DNA of 64,000 nucleotides from Podarcis vaucheri (lineage: Eukaryota): the NCBI GenBank assembly GCA_965113315.1, contig OZ220373.1; one strand, written 5' to 3'. The position numbers were made by a program, and so were the translations under genes. The notes beneath the pieces were generated by a model. The model was not told where the DNA came from, did not search any database, and saw only the letters and a program-made list of their open reading frames with translations. Of the stretch, positions 1-13,429 are shown in pieces. Within the stretch, counting starts at the first letter, position 1. Each line of letters starts with the position of its first letter.

Positions 1-1082
1 CTTCCATTTGTATTTACTAAGATTAAATGCAACCTATATCCTTGGAATGGAGAACATTTTAAAGTCCACAATACTAACAGCATTTTGGTTCTGTAATTGG
101 GACATGTAAATCTGCTTAGCTACTAGGCACTTTGTTTCTTCTGCCAGTTTACAGGTGCATGGGACCTCCTGGCCATAGTAATCTGGTTCTGGATTGTGAT
201 TGCTTTAAGTGGTACAGAAAGCTGATTAACTACTCTATTCTTCTTTAGGAAATACCATAAGTTTCAAAATAGAAAACTTGATTTAAACCAATAATTCAAA
301 TCTTTCCCTTTTAAGGGTGTGTATCTGGTTGAAATCTCATTGATTTAAATCAGTCCACCCTGTCATACCCTGAAAGTAGATAATGAACTGTGAGTTTATG
401 TTGTAAATAAGCCAATGGAGAGATTGCTTAATGTTATAGTGAGAGAATAGTACCCAGATTTATAGTATGACAGAGCTAAAGCTTCAGACTCCAGCATAGA
501 TTCTACACTCACACTATTACAGCTAGGCTGAGCAGTTGCATTGCTGTTGTAAAGGGTAATTTGTAAAGCACTGGTTACGATAGCCAGAATTTTACTGTGT
601 TGTGAACTGCAACAGGTTAGCAAAGAAACTTTCCTGATCGCAAACTCTTAACCTCTCATTCTATATAATATGCAGTACCAAAGCTTTTAACATTCAGGCT
701 ATTTAAAGCTGCTAAACTGAAATGATATCTTGGTCTTTGAAAGACCCATTATGTTCTCTTGGGTTAATGAGCCATGAACAAAGGAGGATTTACACTGATC
801 ATTATGACTTAATGAGACAAAATACACTTTAAAAAGATCCTAAATACATATTTACATGGTACACTGCAGCTATTATGGTTGGTCAGTTAAATAATGCAAG
901 ATACATGTGAATTTCCATGATATATATTAAAGCTAGTGATATTCCAAATATACCATCACAACAAATTGTGTGTGTTTATAAATATGCCTGAAACTTTTTT
1001 CATATGTTGTCGTATTAAACTGCTCAGCCAAATTATCTGAGACCTGTTAGTGGGGAAAGCATTAATTCTGGAAATGGTAAAA

Positions 1083-1168
1083 TTAGGCTGCAATCCGGTA
1101 AACATTTACCTAGAAGTAATTCTGAAATCAGTGGATTTTCTGAGTAAGCATTCTTAGGATTGTCCTGT
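1083..1168. repeat. short palindromic dispersed repeat (gcaatcc...tac...gtaag...aggattg); degenerate copies near 10101, 17780, 34380, 54320 and 55050
   Basis: Imperfect hairpin whose cccattgaa.tcagtgggacttac-like core recurs through the window. Confidence 0.55.
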
Positions 1169-1591
1169 CAGTTTCTATCTTAATTTAGCTAGGTATGTAT
1201 CAGAGCAAAAATTCACAGGATATCCTGGCAGAGAATGACTAATACAGTTGAATAGAAATGCCAAGAGTGTTCTGATTTGCCTTCCTTTTGTGTTTGTTAC
1301 TTTCTTGCCCAATAAATACCAAAACTGCTTGTGTTTTGTAAATCTTTCATACACTTTTCAGATTGTAAAAAAAAAAAAATAGTTGCGTGGCTATCTAGTA
1401 GACAACTTGCGATATTTTAAAGGACACATTTAACTGGCTTTAAAGATGAAGATGCTCTGAAGAATTTCAGAAGTGAAATATAGTAACTTAATTTAAGTCC
1501 CTAATAGCATAATCATGAACTTTATTTGAAAATAGTGTGCTATAATTTTTCTGCATTGCAGAAATATAATTGTTATAATATAATTATTTAT

Positions 1592-1645
1592 GCATTGCAG
1601 GTGGTTGGACTAGATAACCCTTGGGTCCCTTCCAATTCTATGATA
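1592..1645 (+). mobile_element. CR1 3' tail fragment
   Basis: ggttggactagat...ggtcccttccaattctatgat; related tails at about 18027-18155 and 57799-57853. Confidence 0.7.
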
Positions 1646-1676
1646 CTATAATAAATGTTTTATTTTCTGTTCCAAG

Positions 1677-1751
1677 ATGATTGCCAGAGGGAAGAATGCA
1701 TCTGAATTGTTTCCTTCCGTAGTGAAGAATGTAGCGAGTAAAAATATTGAG
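1677..1751 (+). CDS. AP3B1: AP3B1 exon 3 (75 nt) [25 protein letters not shown]
   Basis: ttctgttccaag acceptor, GAG|gtatga donor, phase 0/0. Confidence 0.95.
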
Positions 1752-3577
1752 GTATGATAACAAAGCTTATACCCTTGCAATTTTATTCTTTTATAATGTA
1801 AATATTTTCAATTCTACCCATGAAAGTGTTTTTTTATCAGAGTTCACTGTTAAAAATACTTGTAGATTTAACTGTATGCTGAAATAGAGGAAATCATGTA
1901 CTGTATTCAGAATTTGTTTGGTACATAGTAAAGTGGTGAAATACTTGTTAAGTGAACCATGTGCTGGACAGATACTGGGCATGTATCATTGGATGCAAGA
2001 ACTTTGAATAAAATAAAATTAACCTCTGGCGCTTTTCTACAATAACTAGCAAAAGACTGCATAATGTTAGAATACTTATATTTTATACCAGGCCTCATGT
2101 TTCTGCATGTTTTATTTCTTTACAGTGCTGTAGCAATAGAAATAAAACAACCTTTCTGTGGGCAAAAACTGCACTGTTTCAGTGCATTCTGAATGGCATT
2201 TTGACTGCTGGGAGGGGAGCTGGTTGTAATTTGAGGCTTGCAAAGTGACCTTTTGGATACTTGCCAATGATGCTGTGTACTCTGCCAACATAGAACCAGG
2301 GCATGGGTCATGCTTGTTCACTCGTTCTCTTCTATGGGTGGTGTTCCAGCATAGAATTCCTTTTAAAAACTGGAATCATACAGAGGGCGTGTGACATGGG
2401 TGGGAAGGAATTTTTGCCCTCAAAAGTAGTGAAAAACGTTTTGTTGTTCTAGTAAAATTCATTTTCATAAGAGCATTCTGCCCTAGTCTTGTTATATGTG
2501 TCATGTCAAAAGATGCAGAAAAGTGACCTAGAAAGCAATTGGTGGTGTAGAACAGAAATAATCAAAGGTTTAGTCAATAACTCATGAAGTTTGATATACT
2601 TGTATTGATAAACTAATTAAACAGATCTGCCTGTGTTCCTCAGCTCTAATATGGCACTGTTATTATTAGTTTTAAAGGGAGGAGTGCTGTAACATTGAAT
2701 GAAGGTAAATGATAAAAGAATGGTCTAGGCACGAAATCAAAGTCCTCCTGCCTCTAGTCTCAGAGTGGTTTCAAGGAAAGTAGGCTTTCTCTGCACACCT
2801 GCAGTCATTCACTACAAAGGCCTCTTGTTGTCAATGTTGATTGCTGCTTCTTCATAGTAGAACAACAAATAATTTAGTGGCTCCTAACCTTCTGTGATTC
2901 ATTATCTTGCTTTTTGACAGAATGGGCAGAAAAATATTTCTTCATATAGTGATAATAATTATAGCACAGCTGTAGTTAAGGGGTTTTCAGAGTTTCCAAT
3001 ATAAACCCTTATGGTCAGTTTGTAACTCAGAACAAATTTTTCTGTGCTTAGTTAAACGTACACAGACTTCATTTAGAACTTAACTGAAGCATACTTTTTT
3101 TAAGCCTAAGCAAGATCAAACTGACTAATTTGTAGTACTTATGAAACTAGAGCTTGGAAGCCTTTAATCTGTGAATCTGTTGTCCTAGGGAAGATACAAT
3201 GACCATTCTTCATGACTGTGCCCCTTCAGAAATACACATTGCATAAAATAAGTTTGGAAGGCAAAATTCTTCCTGGACATCTGTTAGAGTGTATATTCTG
3301 AACTATATTAAATGATTCTGATTTGACTATCATGAACCTCAACAACTACAACAACAGAATGCAAGACCTGTGGTGCTTTACATTCCCTCCCTTATTGTTC
3401 CTTTCAACCGCTTGTCTTTTGTGTCTATCTGCTTTAAGTTTATAACCACTTTTAACTATTAACTTTTATCCCTCTCCTCTTTAAGTCTTATGTGCTTTAT
3501 TTTATTTGCATGTTTGTATCTTATGCTGGTCTGCTACCAGTTAGTTTTTTACTATTATGAACTAATTTGTTTTTCAG

Positions 3578-3673
3578 ATTAAAAAACTTGTATACGTATA
3601 CCTGATGCGCTATGCAGAGGAGCAGCAGGACCTGGCATTGCTATCAATTAGCACCTTTCAGCGTGCTCTGAAA
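3578..3673 (+). CDS. AP3B1: AP3B1 exon 4 (96 nt) [32 protein letters not shown]
   Basis: ttttcag acceptor, AAA|gtgagt donor. Confidence 0.96.
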
Positions 3674-5081
3674 GTGAGTAAATGTCTAGTTAGCAGTGTT
3701 TTCCTGGGAAGTTGTCTGTCATTACAAAGGTACACATATTTTTTATTGGGGAAAGTAAAAACTAACTAGCTAAGAATGAGTAGAGGAATATTTAACATGT
3801 CCTAGAACCTTATGGTGATGATGCTGGCCTACTTGGTATGGCTACTGTTATTAAACAGAGACTCCATTTGGGGGATCAGCTTTGCTTAGAAAATATTCTG
3901 GTTTTGCATATCAAGTATGCATTTGTTTAGTCATGTTAGTCACACACAAGCAGAAAGTTTGTGAATTTTGTAAAGACTGCTTTCCCTCATTCCTAATTTA
4001 AAAGATAATCAGTTTATGTAGCAGAGATGAAGTTATTCAACTCTGATGTGTCATTTACATGCCTTTCCCAATAATGGGCTCAGAACCATGGGGATGTGGA
4101 AATGAGATCTTGCTACTGCAGTGAGATGTTTTAGGTTTAAAAAGGTAGGATCAGAAGCACATGTTTGACTGATTCTGTTCTGATTTGGGGGCAGCTTGGA
4201 AATTATGCAGTCAGTGCCTGAACATTTTTAAGCCTTGCTTGGTATTGACATTCAAGCTAAGCAATCCTTAGTTTTGATGTTTTACGCTACTTTGGCTGTC
4301 GCTTCTCTTTATTTTATCAGAATACTGTCTAAAAGCATACCAGATTTGCATCCACGTTTTATAAAGATCCTGCCTTCGTCGCTTGGTAACATGCCTTTCT
4401 TGAAAAGGGCTTCATGCCCAGATGAGAAAAGGGAAATGTAAACCTTGGCTGCTACAGACATGGTTGTCTCAGGCTTTAGAGCAGTTTTCCCCATAATTTG
4501 GGTTTGGATTGTGGGGTGAGCTCAGGTGCTTTTAACAACTTTGGTGGTGTTAAGAGTATGGAGAAATATTTCTTACATGTATACTTGAGTAGTGTACAGG
4601 CTTGAACTGTGTATCAGTCCTGTGCAAACAGCAGGGAATCTAAAGAGAGAGACAAAATGTTACAATATTTACATGTTACAATAACAAGCAATTTAACTAT
4701 CATCATAAAGCAAAATCAAGATTTTAAATTTAATTATGAGGTATCTCCCTGGGTTGACAAAGTAACATTGTTGCAATACAGTATAACATTTGATATATCT
4801 CTTGCAGTTTTCCCTCTTTCTATGGACTACTTTGGTCCTGGGCAAATGATTCTCTTAATCTTGGTGTTTTCATTTGGAAAACAGACAATGACTTGCCTGC
4901 AGAATTATTGTTTACAATAGTAGCAATAAATGGAAGGCACTCTTTTGTACTGGAGACTATTTTGACTAAGTGTTGAATTATAACTAAGAACTTAAAATGA
5001 CATTTAAAAAATAGTCTCCAGTACAAAAGAGCATATGCTTGAATTTATCTAATGACTATTGGTATTTTATTTTTATTTTAG

Positions 5082-5242
5082 GATCCCAATCAGTTAATCC
5101 GTGCAAGTGCTTTGAGAGTTCTATCCAGCATCAGAGTGCCAATTATTGTTCCGATTATGATGCTTGCTATCAAAGAAGCATCAGCTGATTTATCACCCTA
5201 CGTTAGAAAAAATGCCGCCCATGCAATCCAAAAGCTTTACAG
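5082..5242 (+). CDS. AP3B1: AP3B1 exon 5 (161 nt) [53 protein letters not shown](S)
   Basis: tttttattttag acceptor, CAG|gtatgt donor, phase 0/2. Confidence 0.96.
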
Positions 5243-5833
5243 GTATGTTCTCTAGCCATAAATATGGAAGATAGGTATTTAGTGCTCAGTAGAGTGTGTT
5301 ATAATGAAGTTTAGCTACAGCTTTTGATAACTGCTTCCTGCTAATGGGCATAAAATGAGCAAGACAACTTTGACTAAAGGTTCTGAATTAACAGAGTGAA
5401 GACCAGTCAGTGCTGTATCTTTGCAGCACTTATCAAAGTTATTTCATTAGTCAGATAAACTCCTGCCATTAATTGTTTGATTTCATTTTGCATACATTTT
5501 TTGTTGTATTTAAAATAATTTTTAGACTGCTTTCCATCAAAAAATCCTTAAAGCGTTTCACAACCATAAATAGAAGATCCATGAAAGAACCTAGTACAGC
5601 ACCAAACACCGTTAAAACATAGTCTGTTGAGCAAAACAAAGAAATGAAGCCTGCAGCTTGACCGGATATTCTTAATAGAACTTTAAATATTTTATTTCCA
5701 TGGGCAGGGTTGAAAGGATGGCGTGCAGGACTTGCAGCCCATTCATTAAGAAGTAGCTTGAATAAGCCTTGGTGAAATTCATAATTCCACTCTTAAAATG
5801 AGAGAATCTGAATTCTTTTTGTTCACTTTTTAG

Positions 5834-5900
5834 TCTTGATCCTGAGCAAAAAGAACTGTTAATTGAAGTGATAGAGAAACTTCTGAAAGACAAGAGCACT
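5834..5900 (+). CDS. AP3B1: AP3B1 exon 6 (67 nt) LDPEQKELLIEVIEKLLKDKST
   Basis: ctttttag acceptor, ACT|gtaagt donor, phase 2/0. Confidence 0.95.
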
Positions 5901-7264
5901 GTAAGTAATACAGATTCAGCTTCTTTGTAATGCAATCAAAACTCTTCTTTTCACCTGTAACTTTATGGTACTTTAAACTTTAATCTGAACAGGGTAGAAT
6001 GACTAGACAGGCAGAAGACACAATTTGGCACTGTGGGTGGAGAAACATGTTACCAGTGCCTTACTTATTTTTTTGGTTTATATTACAGTCCTTTCTGAAA
6101 GGACTGAGGCCAAGAAGAGACATTTTAAGATCAATTCTTATATAAATAAACCCATAAAAATTCAGTCATTAAGTTTCTTCTTCCTTTCCCCCTGTGTAGC
6201 TGTTTGAGTGTGAATGCTGGAAACCAGTTCTAGAAGCAACAGCATCTTTTGAAAGATGTCCAGGTAGCTACTGAGAAGGCTACTGTATTCAGATTAGTTC
6301 CTTAGCAGATTTGGCCTTTATAGACCACACATAACACCATGATATGCAGTCTGGTATGGAGAGCATCTTCATTGTTAATGCGTGCCATGATTATTGACAT
6401 GTGTGAGTCAGAAGAAAAATGGCATCCTCTTACAGTTTTAGGGAAAACACTCTGGCCACTGTTTCACTGTGATCCAAATTGTCATATGAGTCCCTAGGAT
6501 GATCCAAGGTTGAATGTTGGGAAAGTAACAAGTTGCCATTCTATGGACTTTGTTATATTTTGGCTCCCTGGAATCTTGAATAGAAATAAAATGGTTTTCT
6601 TTCATCCTTAGACACAAAATGTTAAAGTTGTGGAGTAAGGATGACAATCTCACCGCTATTTTATAGCAGATTCTTAGTTCACTGATGTTCAAAGGGCTTT
6701 TAAGGTCTCCAGCTGTGGGTGTAAATACAGCTTTCTTGAGTGCCGTGTGCCCTGTGAAGGCTAGATAGGATTATCTGTAGCAGCTGACTCTTGGGAGGTC
6801 AAATAATTTGCTTGTTAAAAATGAGCTGAAGAATTGGTGATGGCTTTGTGATGAGATTACTGATGTGTTCTAAACTAGAATATTACCTTTGGGAAAATGG
6901 AACAAAGTAAGGTGCATTCTTTTAACATATTTAACAGATATGCTAGAAGTAATGTGTGGCGTTCAGATTACAGATGTAAGTGTAACCTAGTATTTTCCAA
7001 AGTTATTGATTCAATGTTGATAAAAAGCTTTACTGCTGTGGTGGGAAAATAACTTGAGTTTGTGCAGATGCTGTATTGTGATAGATCTATTATCCAGCTA
7101 TTAGAAGATAAATGACTGATCTTTACCAGCTTCCATGCTTCCAGAAAATTGAAATAAGAAGGGGAATATCATTTGGGCTGTATGATTAGGGCAGGTGGGA
7201 TGGCCATTAATTTAAGAGAAGGAAATGTTGGCAGCATAGGCCAACTTGCACCATATTATCAATC

Positions 7265-7644
7265 NNNNNNNNNNNNNNNNNNNNNNNNNNNNNNNNNNNN
7301 NNNNNNNNNNNNNNNNNNNNNNNNNNNNNNNNNNNNNNNNNNNNNNNNNNNNNNNNNNNNNNNNNNNNNNNNNNNNNNNNNNNNNNNNNNNNNNNNNNNN
7401 NNNNNNNNNNNNNNNNNNNNNNNNNNNNNNNNNNNNNNNNNNNNNNNNNNNNNNNNNNNNNNNNNNNNATGANNNNNNNNNNNNNNNNNNNNNNNNNNNN
7501 NNNNNNNNNNNNNNNNNNNNNNNNNNNNNNNNNNNNNNNNNNNNNNNNNNNNNNNNNNNNNNNNNNNNNNNNNNNNNNNNNNNNNNNNNNNNNNNNNNNN
7601 NNNNNNNNNNNNNNNNNNNNNNNNNNNNNNNNNNNNNNNNNNNN
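7265..7644. other. N gap (others at 15699-16083, 44014-44448, 45426-45613, 49716-49943 and 56207-56346)
   Basis: Runs of N, three of them with 1-4 nt islands. Confidence 0.98.
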
Positions 7645-10409
7645 GAATTTGTTGAGCTCATTGGTAGTTTTGTAGGTGTGATTTATTTTTTCTTGCACAA
7701 AAAAACTATTTAATTTTCATCTCAGTATGTCAGTGTCACTGTAAACTGTTTTTTGTTTTTTTAAATGTTTTGATTGAATCATTTTGTTTTAATTCAATGT
7801 TTTATGGGATATTGAACATTTAATAAACTAAGATCATCAGCTGTTTCCCAAATATTTAGATAGGTCCCAGCATAGTGAAAATTTGCTTTGAGGTGTGCTG
7901 TTGTCTAAAAACATGTAGAATCAAGATCAATTCAAATTATAGCTTGAATTGGAAAGAACTTACTGTTAATCATTTATGTTTAGCGCAGAACATGTTTGTA
8001 AATTCTGGCGTGGAGGGTGGAGTGGAGTGTTATATGATGGAGTTGTTACAAATAAGTTAATATTCATATCTCTATCTTTTCATAAATACAATGAACTTTT
8101 TAAAGTGGATGCTGAAGATTCTTACTCCTTGTGAAAGACCTGCCATTCTAAATACACAAATTGATTTTTCCCCACCTTTGTGTTTACTGAATTTGCACAC
8201 CCTCTTTCAAGGTGTAGAAAGAACAATGTCTTAGTTTACTATTAGTAGTCTTGGAAATGTCAGTTTCTGCCTAACTGGTAATTAGCTAGCCAAAAGGCAA
8301 CATTCTGAGCTTTCTGTGTGTAGCCTTAATTTTAGGGTAATATGAAATTTAAATTGAATATTGGCAAATGAGGAGTACCTATTCTTCATTTCGCTCCCCT
8401 TAAAACTCTTGTGGAGAAGTAGCACCTGTAGCTACAATGATTACGAATTTTTATGTTTAGCTAAATAATTGCAGGTTTATAGGTTGTTTGTGGGATCTTG
8501 GTGTATGTATGTGTTTAGATAATGTAAATAGGGGGAATGGACAGAAAGAATTCTTTTTTATATATGCAACATTTAAGGTTTGTTAAGTGCAATATTTTTA
8601 TTTTATATGCAAGCTTGCATGCTTTCATATGTAGTCAGGTAATCTTGATAATATTAATTAATGGCAGTGTTAACTAATGTAAATAGTTGTAAAAACTGTA
8701 GAAAGAAAAAGATTGTAAACTTCAACAATGAGACATTTTCCTCCTACAAGTGATGTGATATAGAAAATAAATGTAAGTATAATGCATTTTCTTTAGTCCT
8801 TTACAAATAATCAATTCCCTTCTTTATGGAATGAGTTGTATACATGCTGGGACCAGCAGGTACCAGTACATAGCAGGGCTGGAGACAATAAATGCAACGT
8901 CACGTTTATAGTTATTGGTAATTTGTGAAATCCCCACAGGACCTGGAACTTGTTTAGCATAATAGCAAGACTATATTCTGAGCTGTTTTCTTTCAGTTGT
9001 AATCGTAGGTGCATACTAATAAACCAAATGTCAACCAAAAAATAGGGGAAAACTCTAACAAGTGAATATCGTTGTATTTAATATTTTTCCAAAAGTGCCA
9101 TTTCAATAAATTGTACTTCTATTTAATTGCTTACTTTAAATCATTGGGGAAATTTTAGAGGTTGAAATGCAGATCCCCAGTGCTCTGCTAGAAGGTGACA
9201 TTAATTTTCTTACAGAAAGCGGCTTCACATGCATGCTTAACTGCATACATATCAGTTGCTTCATACAGAAGCCTGATCATAGTAGCTATTTTGCATAGCA
9301 TGTGGTGGAAACAAAACAAAATTTTATTAAAGCAGTTGCTGGAGGGGTGGGAAGAGATAATAGGCAATACACAGTGACAAGTGGTTATGTCATATTTGCA
9401 ACTGATAGCTGACAGGGCAATGAGATGCATTATTTTCAGTACTACTTGTATTTTTGCTAACTCTTGTACAAGCAACAATTGGTAGATAAAAAAATCAAAA
9501 GGTTCAAAATGGTTTTTTAAGGCTGTCTGAAATAAAGTGGCACACTGCTTATCATTCAGGAAGGTAATCTCATTAATCTTTGAACAATCTTAGGATGTAA
9601 TATAATTTTGTGACAGAGGAACGTGAGAGTGTATGTGGCTAATATGTACCTTTTGTACTACATATTATTATAGGGGACAGATAAAGTTTGAATTTGTTGT
9701 ATATGTTTTAAGAGGATGGCACAGTAAATATTCATTTTTTGCCATCCGTGGCATATGATCTCTTGCTTTCTCTGGTATATATAGACAATACTGTAGTCTG
9801 CAAACACTAGTGTGGATATAAGTACTCATTTATGGCTGAACATTTAATAATTTTTTTATATGGACAAAGACTTATGGGTCCTTCAGTGATTCCACTCCAA
9901 AATGTGTTTTGATTTTAAGCATCACTGCTTAAAGTCTGAGGTAGATAACACTTTTAACATGCACTACTCAAACCATCATAACTAACTGGCTAGTATATTT
10001 CAAATTTTAAAGCACATCATGCATTAAAAGTACATTAAACAAGGCAACTAAAGCCGAAACAAAACATGTTGGGTTTAAAGGAAATGAAAAGAAAGTTTTC
10101 AGGTACCCAATTCATGCACGTTTTACTTGGGAGGAAGCCCCATTGAACTTGGTTGGGATTTACTTCTGAGTAACAGTGGCGATTTTAATCTGAAATCTTA
10201 AGCATAGTACAGTGCCCAGAGCTCAAAAACTGCTTGCATTTGTGAAATTCCCTGTCGCAAAATGCTCCTAGAGCAATGGGAGTTTCAAACACTGTGTGAA
10301 AGAATTGAAGAATGAAGAGCCCTCAAATATTCCATAGTACCTTCCTGCAATGTATTTTACTCCTGGTACTATGTGTTGTCTTCAAGTTTCAGATTCAGTG
10401 CTGTTATTT

Positions 10410-11066
10410 AGAAGCGATATTAACAAGTGGACACCCCTATACCTACTACATCCATCAACTGAACTACACCTTATCTAACTGAACAAGATAGCTGATGGGC
10501 TTGCTCTTAAGCTCATATTCATATTAAAGCTACAGTAACATACATCATCATGAGCTGTGTGTGCCAAGGGGGCTGTACAATGAGAGAGTGAATAAGGCAT
10601 GGAAATGGGAGTGATCTGTTTGCAAGGGAGAGTTGAAGAAGTAAGGAGAAGGGTGGAGAAGAAAAGGAGGTGAAAGTGAAAATGGGGGGTGCAAAGGGAG
10701 TTCCCAAAAAGGAGGGAATGGGGTTGAAGATGAAAGCAGGGGCATGAAAGGGTCTGAAGAAAAGGAGGGGGAAATGGCTCCATAATTGGGAGTAGGAAGA
10801 TGCAAGGGGTTACCATGGGGTTGGTTTGCATGTAATGGGGTTGCACAAAAGAAAGAAGGAGGTGGTGTGGAAATGGGGATGAAGGTGAAAAGAGGTGCGA
10901 AGCAGGACTGCAGAATAAAAGAAAGAAGTGGCTTCAGAAATAGGGTTCAGAATCTTAAAAGCAAACTTAGTAGTTACATAAGGTGGGAAAGAGAAGCTCG
11001 AGGGGGTTAATATGGGAGGAATGGCAGTGGGGTTGGTGAGCAGAGCGAGCAGGGGCATAGACCCAG
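10410..11066 (+). mobile_element. probable non-autonomous Helitron (5' boundary uncertain)
   Basis: 3' terminus ggggttggtgagcagagcgagcaggggcatagacccag|t (degraded hairpin plus CTAG-like end); purine-rich body. Confidence 0.45.
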
Positions 11067-11435
11067 TTATATGTATATAATCTTAAATGAATAAATGACA
11101 CATCTGCCTGAAGAGTGGTCCTCTATGGCTGAGTTCTTCTGGATTGACAAGTGCTCTTCCCACCTTTAAGTGCTTTTTGCCAATGAATAAAGTCATATCA
11201 ATGACGGACAATTAAAGCAGATGTAGCCAATTAGATAAAGTGGCACATCCACTGTCTGGAGAGCATTTCCACAAGATAGGAAATAAAATGAAATAAAGGC
11301 AACATAGCAGCTGCATTTCTCACAAACTTGCTGAGTAGTCTTAACCTACACGCCCTTTCCTACAGCTTGTCGTTCAAACTTATTGTAAGTCCATTGGAGT
11401 TACTGATTCTTATATGCTTGATTCTTGTTCTCTAG

Positions 11436-11618
11436 CTTGTAGCAGGAAGTGTTGTGATGGCATTTGAAGAAGTTTGTCCAGACAGAATAGATCTGATTCA
11501 CAAGAACTACAGAAAACTCTGTAATCTGTTGGTGGATGTGGAGGAATGGGGACAAGTTGTCATCATCCACATGCTGACTCGATACGCACGCATGCAGTTT
11601 GTCAGCCCTTGGAAAGAG
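11436..11618 (+). CDS. AP3B1: AP3B1 exon 7 (183 nt) [61 protein letters not shown]
   Basis: gttctctag acceptor, GAG|gtaagt donor. Confidence 0.96.
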
Positions 11619-12450
11619 GTAAGTAACTTTTAAAAAGTTGCTTTGAATACTTCTAGCTTGTTAGGAGCAAGCTTAGTAACAAACAATTTCAGGAATAGCT
11701 CTCAGATGGCCAGTACAACTGATCCAACAGTTTGCTTATTAGCATCGTTAATGATTTGTCATGCATCAAGACCATCAGACAATGAGTATCAAAATGAATA
11801 AACTTATCATTATTTTGTAGATTTCTGAGAGAAAACATTTTTGTGGGGAATGAGCAGTCAACTCCTCTCCACATCAGCTAGTGATTGGATCTTCTAAATG
11901 AAGTCTTAGTCATTGTATTTCTGGAAATACACTTGCAATGCCACACTTTCTGACACTTTACAGTCAAGCAGATAGATTGATCTTGAAGATTAGTGTAGTC
12001 TTGTAACTTGGCTCACACAAGTTACACAAAAGTTACTACCTTGCAGGAAAAAGTTACTACCTTGCAGGAAAAAAGTAGAAAAAAACCATTATATCAAGCA
12101 GGTTTGCTGGAGAAGGACAGATCTATCTCTGTTTTGTACTAGTTGTGGACAAACAGATCCTTCTTTCCTCATGCGTAGCACAGTAAGAAAGTGGGTTGGT
12201 AGAGAAGGAATGAAATTATCTTCTCCTTTTCTGCCAGCCCACTCATCTGCATGGAATTCTTGGTCACCTATTACTACCAGGCGATTTGTTAAATACAAGG
12301 CTTACTTAATGGATTATTGATCATATTGGATTTTTTGTCAGATTGAGTTGTACTGGCTTCCTGCATTTTAAAACTGGTGAGAGCATTTTGATTTACCATC
12401 ATTCTATTACTGCTCTCATCCCGTCGTAAGGTGTATTTCCTACACTTATA

Positions 12451-12658
12451 CAGTGGTACCTGGCTTACATACGCTTCAGGTTACAGACTCCACTAACCCA
12501 GAAATAGTACCTCAAATTAAGAACTTTGCTTCAGGATGAGAACAGAAATCGTGTGGTAGCGGCGTGGCAACAGCGGGAGGCCCCATTAACTAAAGCAGTG
12601 CTTCAGGTTAAGAACAGACCTACGGAATGAATTATGTACTTAACCCGAGGTACCACTG
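12451..12658 (+). mobile_element. Tc1/mariner-pogo (Tigger-like) MITE, family A
   Basis: TIR CAGTGGTACC...GGTACCACTG, TA TSD on both sides. Confidence 0.88.
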
Positions 12659-12716
12659 TATGTTAAATTCTATCCCCTAGTAACACTTGCAGTACTACAA
12701 GATAATGTTATGTGTG

Positions 12717-13147
12717 TGTCAGGGAACTGACATCGGAGCTAGAGGCGGAGGGAAGGCTCTCAAATGATGCTGGAGAAGGGCCCAGCAGGGAGAGAGGCAG
12801 CTCAACAGATGGGGAAGCAAATCAGCGCAACACCAGGGATAAAGGGGGGCTGATGGGGGAATCGCGAGAGGGCTCCAGGACTCTTCACTGGACACCAGCG
12901 GGGAGAGCACGGGTCCTCCGCTACCCACGCCCTCCCTGCGCAGAAGACTTCCGCGCAGGGAGAGTAGGAGGAGACTTGGCGTCAAACAACTTTTATGTTG
13001 GAAAAGGTTTAAGAAACGCCCACTGACGGATCCTGCTAGCGACTGAGGCAGCCACGAAGTGAAGGGCTGTCCAGACAGAAAGGTTTAACCAGGCAACATA
13101 GCCAGGAGAGGTGGCAACTTACGCACGAGCAACCCATACTCATTACA
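12717..13147. mobile_element. solo LTR (probably Gypsy-like), 431 bp
   Basis: TGTCA...TTACA ends; perfect 5-bp TSD gtgtg (12712-12716 and 13148-13152); GC- and CpG-rich relative to flanks. Confidence 0.75.
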
Positions 13148-13387
13148 GTGTGTTACTGTTTTTTGTGTTGACGTGTGGTATTTTATCTTCTGCATATATT
13201 GTTTGAAAGGTTTCTTCTAAGCATCACATGTCCTTGCCTACATGTTGTGTGCAGACACTTGGATTGGGTTTTTCCATTGCTTTATCCCCAAGGTTGACAG
13301 GAGGTTATACAGTGTTTTAGGAATGTAATTGTATGCTGTGCAACACCATGATATTTTTTTCCTTAATGTTGGCAGAATAGAACTTTT

Positions 13388-13418
13388 GCGCATGCGCGCG
13401 CGCGCACACACACACACA
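13388..13418. repeat. (CG)n(CA)n alternating purine-pyrimidine tract
   Basis: gcgcatgcgcgcgcgcgcacacacacacaca. Confidence 0.9.
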
Positions 13419-13429
13419 ATGTAAGGTGT

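Noticed and set aside
6400-6830. Possible RTE-like endonuclease fossil on the minus strand
   Set aside because: Only weak motif hints (AT-C/W, LDH); too degraded to call without a search.
7173-7713. ORFs made of X residues (also near 15.7k, 44k, 45.4k, 49.7k and 56.2k)
   Set aside because: Artefacts of translating N runs.
10475-11058. Several Pro/Phe/Leu-rich or Gly/Lys-rich ORFs
   Set aside because: Products of strand-biased purine-rich repeat sequence (putative Helitron body); no splice or homology support.
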